Shown here: positions 6,790 to 12,499 of the stretch, piece by piece | How the letters are laid out: each line of letters starts with the position of its first letter | How positions within the stretch are numbered: position 1 is the first letter of the stretch | Virus record (IMG/VR): IMGVR_UViG_3300045116_000511 | DNA from: a virus | DNA: 14,236 bases | Direction: 5' to 3' (one strand) | Notes under the pieces: model-generated | Databases searched by the model: none | What the model was told of the DNA's origin: nothing | Seen by the model: only the letters and a program-made list of their open reading frames with translations | Position numbers and translations under genes: made by a program

Positions 6790-7786
6790 CTTTCTCAAGA
6801 TAAGAGTCAGATACGATCTTGAGCATCACGCGCCCAATCTCCGCATCATTGCGTTCTTTCTCTGGGATGATCACGCAGCCTTCCCGGACATGATCAGCAC
6901 CGGGCCAGGTACTGCGCCCTTCCGAGAGTGAAAGAGCAATCTTGGCGTCAAACGGCCCTTTGTAGAGCAGAGGCACCCATGCCACTTTCGGGGTGACCAT
7001 CGCATAGGCTTCGTCAAAATCCAACCACTGATTCTGTTTCAGAACAGCAAAAGCGGCAAAAAAGACATCGTTCCTTTTTGCCCCGTACTTGAGCTTCTGG
7101 ACCTGCCCAAAAACTTCGCCGTACAGAATCAGAGTCGGGTGTTCCTTGCACCACTCTCCAATAGCTGGATTTCGGTGGAATGCCATCCACCAGTAGTTCT
7201 TGTCATCTTCAGCCAGCCAGTTGGTCCGCGAGCCGCAGAACTGTTTCCATTCCCCATCCTTGTCCTGGGCGTAGGTATATCTGGCGTTAGCTCCATGAAT
7301 CTTCTCGGTGATTACAACGGGCTCGCCAGCCGTAAACATCTGGAAGTAGCGCTGGTAGCATTCGACATCGAACTTAGGACAATACAGACCCGAAGGCCCA
7401 CCAACAAATAGCCCACCCGAAGACATGGGCAGCGGGGGCTCATATCGCTCAATGCCAAGTTCGGCAATGACGTTAGCGCCCACGGATCGATCCAGCAATT
7501 CCGGGGGCACCGGGATTAGCAGTCCCTGACTGAGCGCCCCCTTGAATCGACGGACTCGAATGCGTTCCTGCGGTTTACCATCTTCGCGCTTCAGAAACGC
7601 AAAAGATGGATTAGAAATTGGCACGAGATAATCCGGTGGGATATAGATCGCCAGATCACCCTCTTTGAAGTCGTCTTTGCCGATACAGCACTGCCAACCC
7701 CAGATGCGGGTAATTGCAAGCCGATCAGCGTTGGCGTGAGGCTCAATTTTACCGATTTGGACAATTTCAATTCGATGTTCGCTCAT
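6782..7786 (-). CDS. ATP-dependent RNA ligase, Rnl2-like nucleotidyltransferase with an N-terminal OB-like domain (Rnl5-type domain order), 334 aa.
   Basis: From ATG 7786 (GGAG 9 nt upstream); the codon at the track start 7807 is TTG. Motif I VVITEKIHGANARY (KxHGxN as in T4 Rnl2), motif III-like LILYGEVFGQ, motif IV-like DVFFAAFAV, motif V-like EGCVIIPEKE. N-terminal RIEIVQIGKIEPHANADRLAITRIWGWQCCIGKDDFKEGDLAIYIPPD resembles a tRNA-binding OB fold. Confidence 0.8.
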   Translation of the reverse strand: MSEHRIEIVQIGKIEPHANADRLAITRIWGWQCCIGKDDFKEGDLAIYIPPDYLVPISNPSFAFLKREDGKPQERIRVRRFKGALSQGLLIPVPPELLDRSVGANVIAELGIERYEPPLPMSSGGLFVGGPSGLYCPKFDVECYQRYFQMFTAGEPVVITEKIHGANARYTYAQDKDGEWKQFCGSRTNWLAEDDKNYWWMAFHRNPAIGEWCKEHPTLILYGEVFGQVQKLKYGAKRNDVFFAAFAVLKQNQWLDFDEAYAMVTPKVAWVPLLYKGPFDAKIALSLSEGRSTWPGADHVREGCVIIPEKERNDAEIGRVMLKIVSDSYLEKDA

Positions 7787-8217
7787 GCGGCATTGCTCCG
7801 TTTCCAAACAACAAACTCATAAAACTGCTGTCTGTTATTAAACTTCCAGCCGAACTTTTTATGAAAACTGATATGACATTTTCGGCACAAGCAAACTCCA
7901 TTGTCTAAGTCCACTCTCAAAGAGGGATTGGCGTGGTAGCTTTCAAGGTGGTGACTCGCTAACTCACCGCCGTGTTTGTTGCATACGACACATCTAAAAC
8001 CATCTCTTTCCTTTATCGCGATTCTCCATGCGCGGAACTCTTCTCTAATACGCCGATCCTGTCTCTCTGAATCGGTGAGTCGCGAATTCCAGGCTGGATT
8101 CTTATCTCCCGTCTGAGATTTCAGTCTTTCGTAATTCCAGCAACCACATGACTGAGTCGTTCCGCCTATAAGCGAATTGCGGAAAACAACGCATACGTTA
8201 CCACATTCTCGCCGACG
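7783..8217 (-). CDS. HNH endonuclease (His-Me finger). The open frame runs from the in-frame TAA at 8218-8220 to a TGA overlapping the RNA-ligase ATG, with no ATG/GTG/TTG before the catalytic core. Candidate ATT start at 8049 with an AGGA SD.
   Basis: Own translation: ...FRAWRIAIKERDGFRCVVCNKHGGELASHHLESYHANPSLRVDLDNGVCLCRKCHISFHKKFGW... (CxxC..HH..N..CxC..CH..H). It is not in the ORF track. The first canonical in-frame start, TTG, lies after the HH dyad. ATT (8049..8047) is preceded by AGGA with 7-nt spacing. A frame-1 ATG at 8194 plus a 1-nt change in the T4 run 8183-8186 would also give a full ORF. Confidence 0.55.
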   Translation of the reverse strand, partial: RRRECGNVCVVFRNSLIGGTTQSCGCWNYERLKSQTGDKNPAWNSRLTDSERQDRRIREEFRAWRIAIKERDGFRCVVCNKHGGELASHHLESYHANPSLRVDLDNGVCLCRKCHISFHKKFGWKFNNRQQFYEFVVWKRSNAA

Positions 8218-8230
8218 TTACGCGCTGTCA

Positions 8231-8497
8231 TCATGGCATCTTGCCCTGCTGAAATTCAGCATAGGTTACCGAGCCACCAGTCGGGCCGACCCCAGTAACA
8301 ATGAAGTTACCAGCCGAGCGACGGATGGTATGAACACCACGCTTACCCTTACGTCGCTCAAAGGGTTTGTACCGAATCTCCTGGCAGCCGCTCCCGTTAC
8401 ATTGGAGGCAGACTACACCAACGCCTGGTGGCTCGGCAAAGCCGCGGTAAATGCCACTTCCCTCACAAGCACCACACTCTGCTTTAACCGTTTCCAT
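8231..8497 (-). CDS. DnaJ-type zinc-finger protein (two CxxCxGxG repeats, one predicted Zn centre), 88 aa.
   Basis: METVKAECGACEGSGIYRGFAEPPGVGVVCLQCNGSGCQEIRY. SD GAGGcggaacATG. Ends in a double stop TGATGA. Confidence 0.65.
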   Translation of the reverse strand: METVKAECGACEGSGIYRGFAEPPGVGVVCLQCNGSGCQEIRYKPFERRKGKRGVHTIRRSAGNFIVTGVGPTGGSVTYAEFQQGKMP

Positions 8498-8900
8498 GTT
8501 CCGCCTCGATTAGCATGCGGCGCTTTAATCGACTCGCGGCAATTGCCCGTTCAAATTGCAATTTGGCCATCACGGTCGGCCCATCGTGGCATGCCTTGTT
8601 GTAGGCGGTCCACAGAGCCGTCCGCAGGTCACGACCCTCAACCTTTGCAACCGCCGCTTCAAATGCCCATCGGCGGCCGAAGGCGCGGAAAAAACTGTCA
8701 CCACCGCCACATTGGGCGCGATGCTCGGCAATCACATCGTATTGCCCATTGCCGACTTCATGGAGAATCTTAACCTCGGTAAACGGCTTTTCGTCCTTGA
8801 CGGACAAAACCTGTGCCGAAATTTTCTTCGGCACATGCGCTGGGTTAGAGTGAAAGACCTTGATACAAAACGATTGACCGCCGTGATTCAACCGGATCAT
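8484..8900 (-). CDS. Hypothetical 138-aa protein.
   Basis: ATG 8900 with an excellent SD (AAGGAGcaaccATG). TAA 8484-8486. No motif recognised. Confidence 0.6.
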   Translation of the reverse strand: MIRLNHGGQSFCIKVFHSNPAHVPKKISAQVLSVKDEKPFTEVKILHEVGNGQYDVIAEHRAQCGGGDSFFRAFGRRWAFEAAVAKVEGRDLRTALWTAYNKACHDGPTVMAKLQFERAIAASRLKRRMLIEAEHGNG

Positions 8901-8909
8901 GGTTGCTCC

Positions 8910-9245
8910 TTATTTCTTCAACACAGTATACGCTGCAATAATCCGTTTGGCTCTTTCATTGGACTCTTTGGTATTGCCACATCTATCTGGGTGGAATCGG
9001 AGCATCAGCATGCGATACGCATGCTTGATTTCGTCCTGAGTCGCATTCGGGCTAACACCAAGAATCACCCACGGTGAATCTGGTTGGCCGGAAAGAATCT
9101 CTTCGGCTTCTTCTCGGCCCATCGCCTCAGAGAAAGCTTGACGCCACTGAGCGGCGCTCCCGGCCGGGCCGACGTAAGTACCGTATGGCGACTGGTCAGT
9201 CCAGACGTTACGCTTTGGTTTATTGGGATCGCGCTGTCGAGGCAT
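8910..9245 (-). CDS. J-domain (DnaJ N-terminal domain) protein, 111 aa, with the J-domain at the C-terminus.
   Basis: WVILGVSPNATQDEIKHAYRMLMLRFHPDRCGNTKESNERAKRIIAAYTVLKK carries the HPD tripeptide and flanking helices. SD GGTGG. First gene downstream of a consensus promoter. Confidence 0.85.
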   Translation of the reverse strand: MPRQRDPNKPKRNVWTDQSPYGTYVGPAGSAAQWRQAFSEAMGREEAEEILSGQPDSPWVILGVSPNATQDEIKHAYRMLMLRFHPDRCGNTKESNERAKRIIAAYTVLKK

Positions 9246-9271
9246 CGTACCACCAATTAGCCGTCATGCGT

Positions 9272-9300
9272 ATAATACCGATTACTGGAAGAATTGTCAA
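9272..9300 (-). promoter_or_regulatory. Consensus sigma70-type promoter (TTGACA, 17-bp spacer, TATTAT) driving the minus-strand cluster that begins with the J-domain gene.
   Basis: Plus-strand tgtcaa at 9295-9300 and ataata at 9272-9277 read on the minus strand as TTGACA-17-TATTAT. The predicted TSS is near 9265 and the start codon is at 9245. Confidence 0.5.
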
Positions 9301-9361
9301 CCACGAATGATAGTAGTGCAGCCAAAGAAAAAAATTTCCCTGAATTTTTCAGAGGGCTGAA

Positions 9362-9390
9362 TTGACAGCACGTAGAATATGTCATATTCT
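9362..9390 (+). promoter_or_regulatory. Divergent plus-strand promoter (TTGACA, 17-bp spacer, TATTCT) whose -10 is embedded in a 17-bp perfect palindrome AGAATAT-gtc-ATATTCT (9374-9390). Operator-like.
   Basis: Read directly: TTGACA 9362-9367, a 17-nt spacer, TATTCT 9385-9390. The inverted repeat has 7-bp arms. An A-tract at 9325-9340 lies between the divergent promoters. Confidence 0.45.
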
Positions 9391-9499
9391 TCCATCGGCG
9401 TGGTAGGATCAACTCGTCGTTGATGCTGCCTTTGTCCTGTCACAAGACAGGCCGGGCTAAGCCCGCAGTGAGTGGAATCCCGACTGTAAAAGGAGAACG

Positions 9500-9616
9500 A
9501 TGATGTGGTTTGTTAATTTTTTTAGCTGGTTCAGCACCGCTGGTACGTTTATTGAGGGAGTCCAGAACTTCTTCGCATGGCTCACCTCGATTTTCAACCA
9601 GATCACCACTGCGTAG
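9500..9616 (+). CDS. Small hydrophobic 38-aa peptide (MMWFVNFFSWFSTAGTFIEGVQNFFAWLTSIFNQITTA). Membrane peptide or type I toxin-like.
   Basis: Strong SD AAGGAG 4 nt before ATG 9500. Double stop TAGTAA. A ~100-nt leader with three hairpins (9408-9424, 9436-9451, 9453-9465). Followed by a strong intrinsic terminator. Below the ORF-track size cutoff. Confidence 0.5.
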   Translation: MMWFVNFFSWFSTAGTFIEGVQNFFAWLTSIFNQITTA

Positions 9617-9628
9617 TAACAGCTGAGC

Positions 9629-9661
9629 AAAAAGGAAGGGCTCAATGCCCTTCCTTTTTCG
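9629..9661. terminator. Bidirectional rho-independent terminator (stem aaaggaagggc / gcccttccttt, loop tcaat, A-run before and T-run after).
   Basis: 9631-9657 forms an 11-bp perfect stem, followed by TTTTT on the plus strand and preceded by AAAAA, so it is also a terminator on the minus strand. Confidence 0.7.
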
Positions 9662-9869
9662 TTCCGTCAAACAAATCATCAGGCCATAGTATCTGCTTAT
9701 CACGCAGCGCGACTACGTCTCGGTAGAGAGACTTTAGAATCTTCACTCTTTCAAGGGCAAGGCCGTCGTGGTTCTTTAGAAGATCAGGTCGCAGAATTAG
9801 AAGTGTTTCGACACTCAGCAAAATTTCGACATTATGAATGCAAGTGGCGAATACGTCGAGTTTATTCAT
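9642..9869 (-). CDS. Hypothetical 75-aa protein whose stop lies inside the terminator hairpin.
   Basis: ORF track with ATG at 9869 and a weak SD. Protein-like composition (MNKLDVFATCIHNVEILLSVETLLILRPDLLKNHDG...). Confidence 0.4.
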   Translation of the reverse strand: MNKLDVFATCIHNVEILLSVETLLILRPDLLKNHDGLALERVKILKSLYRDVVALRDKQILWPDDLFDGTKKEGH

Positions 9870-10021
9870 CTTTTTCGAGCGAAAGAAACCTCGAAATCTT
9901 TAGTTTCTGGTAGAAATTCGCTCAACTCCTATTGTATAATAACACTGTTCTTTGACAACTACAAAAGAGAGCTATTGAGGAGCAAGCTCTGAAGTCTTTA
10001 GCTTCGGAGCAGTTGACTGAG

Positions 10022-10819
10022 TTAGTCCCAATCCGATCCTTGCTCAGTGGGCTTCCGGTCACGCAGCCACCGCTCGTAATCCCAAACATAAATCCCAAGC
10101 TCCCCGGATTTATTCACCATGCCAGTTTGACCTTCAAACCATTTCGAGAACCGCTTCACTTCCTCCGCTGAGTGATGCTCATCCAGCATCGCTTTTGTGA
10201 TGAATTTGATACCAGACTCGGTTTTGTAGAGTTTCTGAGGAATCCTACTCCCAGCAACGATGACCGGTTTTGACTTTTCCTCGCCGTATTTGTACTGGAA
10301 ACTGGGAGAACTCAATCGATCCGGGTCTTCCTTAAATCGAAGCGCCTGCTGCTTCAAAGCGTCGAGCAATTCCGTCTGATGCCCCGGATACAAATGAATC
10401 ACTGCCGGATGCCCATTCTGCGGGATGAAGACCATCGAGGTGCCCCAATATTCCCGAGCACTCTCGCAGGGAATCAGGACCAGCCTCGATCCGCACGCGC
10501 AGTCATCATCACAGCGGGTGATTAACACCGTAGGATGCTTCTTCGCCCACTTGGTCACTTCTTGGATAAGTTCGTGACCTTCCCACTTCCACTGACGACC
10601 AGCGGCTCCACAGGGACAAAACTTTTCAAGGAATCCATGCCAAATCTTGAACAGCTTCAGAGAATTGGCATTCATGCGCTTGCCACGCTCTCGAATAATC
10701 TTGCACTCCGACGCCAGACCAGGCCGGGATACTTGCTCCCCACAGTTACAGCGGAAGGCCATTTCCTTCCCATCTCCGCTGTATGAGCAGAGATTAAACT
10801 GATGTACATGCTTTTTCAT
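10022..10819 (-). CDS. Cys-rich hypothetical 265-aa protein with several CxC/CxxC clusters.
   Basis: FRCNCGE, FCPCGAAG, RCDDDCACGSRLVLIPC. ATG 10819 with an AGAGAGAA SD-like element. Followed 15 nt downstream by the hairpin 9985-10010. Confidence 0.65.
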   Translation of the reverse strand: MKKHVHQFNLCSYSGDGKEMAFRCNCGEQVSRPGLASECKIIRERGKRMNANSLKLFKIWHGFLEKFCPCGAAGRQWKWEGHELIQEVTKWAKKHPTVLITRCDDDCACGSRLVLIPCESAREYWGTSMVFIPQNGHPAVIHLYPGHQTELLDALKQQALRFKEDPDRLSSPSFQYKYGEEKSKPVIVAGSRIPQKLYKTESGIKFITKAMLDEHHSAEEVKRFSKWFEGQTGMVNKSGELGIYVWDYERWLRDRKPTEQGSDWD

Positions 10820-11270
10820 CGGTTCTCTCTGGCATCACTCCGCAGGCAATCCATTCCATCGCCGCATGCAAGGCCGCCTCACTGCTGGGCCAACCGCAGC
10901 CAAGAAACAGATCGCCTTGCCACTTGTGCTGGAGCTTCTCCATATCATAATCGTTGATACACAACCCCCAGGACTTTCGATCATGCTGGTTCAGATAAGC
11001 GTGGGCAGTTCGGTGGTTTTGTGGAACAACACTGCCCAAATGGACCGATTCTTTACCGTTGCAGAATTTATTAGCAATCGGCTCACCTTTGTGCCAAGCA
11101 ATGATACTATTCACCGCCAGAAGAAAGTCGCGCATATTGGCAATGTCAATTTGCAACTGATGCATGCGCCGATCAATCTTCTTGCGCTCTGCTTCCATCG
11201 CTGCAAGCTGAGTGCGAAAAGACTTCGGGTCTTTATGACACTTCTTGATCAGACTTTTCGTAACGCGCAT
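10794..11270 (-). CDS. Hypothetical 158-aa protein (MRVTKSLIKKCHKDPKSFRTQLAAMEAERKK...).
   Basis: The track start at 11279 is TTG. The first ATG at 11270 is preceded by AAGGAttGAGGcgtATG. It overlaps the next gene by 26 nt. The antisense ORF 10866-11411 is Leu-rich and judged spurious. Confidence 0.6.
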   Translation of the reverse strand: MRVTKSLIKKCHKDPKSFRTQLAAMEAERKKIDRRMHQLQIDIANMRDFLLAVNSIIAWHKGEPIANKFCNGKESVHLGSVVPQNHRTAHAYLNQHDRKSWGLCINDYDMEKLQHKWQGDLFLGCGWPSSEAALHAAMEWIACGVMPERTDEKACTSV

Positions 11271-11282
11271 ACGCCTCAATCC

Positions 11283-11399
11283 TTACGCTCGCCACTCTCG
11301 CTGGAAAGCCGTCAGTTGCGGGACGTTGCGACCATACTTGCGGCCATGCAGTCCCATGGCGTCCAGATGCTTGCATTGTCCATGCCGGATACAGATCAT
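11283..11399 (-). pseudogene. Remnant or duplicated copy of the SWIM-gene 3' end (38 codons: MICIRHGQCKHLDAMGLHGRKYGRNVPQLTAFQREWRA*).
   Basis: Own translation. It aligns with residues 74-108 of the 12130-12456 protein (NIRHGKCKHLDAMGLKGRAHGRNAEWIKKLGLRGV*). The DNA core 11353-11390 matches 12197-12234 at 34/38 positions. Its TAA (11283-11285) sits 12 nt upstream of ATG 11270, as a native gene junction would. Confidence 0.5.
11353..11390. repeat. Left copy of a 38-bp core direct repeat (34/38 identical to 12197-12234) flanking the plus-strand HNH gene.
   Basis: cccatggcgtccagatgcttgcattgtccatgccggat versus cccatagcgtcgagatgcttgcattttccatgtcggat. Confidence 0.85.
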
Positions 11400-11426
11400 G
11401 CCTGTTTATAGCCGAAGAAAACCAAA

Positions 11427-12158
11427 TTGTCAATGGTTGGGTATGTTCTAACGAAGAGGATTGTGACGAATTTCGCTGCATATATGTTGATGGAAACCAG
11501 AACGTGCAAAACCTGCGGTATTGTCAAGAACATTCGATCATTCCCCGAGAGATACGCAATAAAGGGAGGCAAGAAATACAGGCGTCACCAGTGCAACAGC
11601 TGTCGTTGCCGACGATACAAACCGCGCTATCGAAAAACTTTTAGAGATATCGCGAAACGATGCAGGGCAAAGTACAATGCAAACAAATCTGAGATGAAAA
11701 AGAAACTAATGGCTGCTGTATGGCAAGAAAAGTGCATTATATGTGGGGAGCCAGACCCCGTCATATTGTGCTTCCACCATCGATCAAAGATCGATAAAAA
11801 ATTCTGCGTTTCCTACGGATTCACACACTCTTATGGTTTTGACACTCTACTGGATGAAGCCAAAAAGTGCGATGTAATATGTCATAATTGCCACGCAAAG
11901 AACCACTCAAACCAGTTGCCAAGCCGCCACAAAGATAGGATATTTGAACACATAGGCGACAACAAATGCAAGACATGCGGTGAAAGTGACGCTAGGACAC
12001 TTTGTTTCCATCACCACGACCCGTCAAAAAAAGAGTTCAAACTATCTTGTAGATTTCGGCGCGGCAGATCATGGGAACAGGTATTATCTGAGGCCAGCAA
12101 ATGTATATTGCTATGTGCCAACTGTCATATCAGACTCCACGCAACCCGAGCTTTTTAA
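11427..12158 (+). CDS. Tandem-HNH nuclease (two CxxCG..FHH..KC..C(H/A)NCH modules) with an N-terminal CxxC..CxxC zinc ribbon. Freestanding homing-endonuclease-like, AT-rich, and the only confident plus-strand protein gene.
   Basis: Module 1: CIICGEPDPVILCFHHRSKIDKKF...EAKKCDVICHNCHAKNH. Module 2: CKTCGESDARTLCFHHHDPSKKEF...EASKCILLCANCHIRLH. N-terminus: CKTCG...CNSCRC. The start is ambiguous: the track start 11427 is TTG, and ATGs occur at 11433, 11484 and 11490. The AAGAGGA at 11453-11459 is not well spaced to any of them. TAA 12156-12158 overlaps the convergent SWIM gene by 29 nt. Confidence 0.7.
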   Translation: MSMVGYVLTKRIVTNFAAYMLMETRTCKTCGIVKNIRSFPERYAIKGGKKYRRHQCNSCRCRRYKPRYRKTFRDIAKRCRAKYNANKSEMKKKLMAAVWQEKCIICGEPDPVILCFHHRSKIDKKFCVSYGFTHSYGFDTLLDEAKKCDVICHNCHAKNHSNQLPSRHKDRIFEHIGDNKCKTCGESDARTLCFHHHDPSKKEFKLSCRFRRGRSWEQVLSEASKCILLCANCHIRLHATRAF

Positions 12159-12456
12159 TCCACTCGGCATTTCGTCCATGCGCTCGCCCTTTGAGCCCCA
12201 TAGCGTCGAGATGCTTGCATTTTCCATGTCGGATGTTTCCTCTACAGCTGCATTTCCAATATCCTGCACCTGGAGACGAATCAAACGAAATCCGGTAAAT
12301 GCTATCACTGCTCTCGGATCGGATGTCGAATCGACATTTGTAGCGAGTGTCATCTGGATGCAGGGCAACTGCGGCACGCTGTGCTGATGCTGGAAGCAGT
12401 TGAATAGAGTTCACTTTTTTCTCCTTTGTTTTGGTCTTCCGCTTTGCTTTAGCCAT
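12130..12456 (-). CDS. SWIM-type zinc-finger protein (CxCx9CxH), 108 aa, with a basic N-terminus.
   Basis: MAKAKRKTKTKEKK... then WKCSCRGNIRHGKCKH. SD AGGAGttgaagaATG. A consensus promoter lies immediately upstream. Confidence 0.65.
   Translation of the reverse strand: MAKAKRKTKTKEKKVNSIQLLPASAQRAAVALHPDDTRYKCRFDIRSESSDSIYRISFDSSPGAGYWKCSCRGNIRHGKCKHLDAMGLKGRAHGRNAEWIKKLGLRGV
12197..12234. repeat. Right copy of the 38-bp core repeat, lying inside the SWIM gene.
   Basis: See 11353-11390. Confidence 0.85.
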
Positions 12457-12470
12457 TCTTCAACTCCTGC

Positions 12471-12499
12471 ATTTTACCACAGGGCCGCCGAAATGTCAA
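12471..12499 (-). promoter_or_regulatory. Consensus sigma70-type promoter (TTGACA, 17-bp spacer, TAAAAT) upstream of the SWIM gene.
   Basis: Plus-strand tgtcaa at 12494-12499 and atttta at 12471-12476 read on the minus strand as TTGACA-17-TAAAAT. The predicted TSS falls within or next to the AGGAG SD, implying a very short leader. Confidence 0.5.

Noticed and set aside
6235-6822. ORFs 6235-6546 (+), 6240-6536 (-) and 6574-6822 (+).
   Set aside because: They overlap the zinc-ribbon/acidic protein frame, which has far better coding character.
8177-9310. Plus-strand ORFs 8177-8773, 8556-9077 and 9074-9310, and minus-strand ORF 9065-9256.
   Set aside because: They are antisense to, or in alternative frames of, the HNH, DnaJ-zinc-finger, 138-aa and J-domain genes, all of which have strong SDs and motifs.
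9440-9703. Minus-strand ORFs 9440-9703 and 9457-9645.
   Set aside because: They run through the bidirectional terminator and the structured leader, antisense to the SD-equipped small peptide gene. No start signals.
9985-10010. Hairpin gctctgaag-tctttag-cttcggagc downstream of the 10022 gene, considered as a terminator.
   Set aside because: There is no adjacent U-tract on either strand. It could be an RNA processing or stability element, but there is not enough evidence to call it a terminator.
10866-11481. ORFs 10866-11411 (+), 11233-11481 (-) and 11245-11451 (+).
   Set aside because: They are Leu/Arg/Pro-rich with random-like composition, antisense or alternative frames of the 10794-11270 gene and the repeat-A remnant. 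The shared peptide segments merely reflect the A/B DNA repeat.
11980-12387. ORFs 11980-12387 (+), 12101-12298 (+) and 12111-12377 (-).
   Set aside because: They overlap the HNH gene and the SWIM gene in other frames. No start context.
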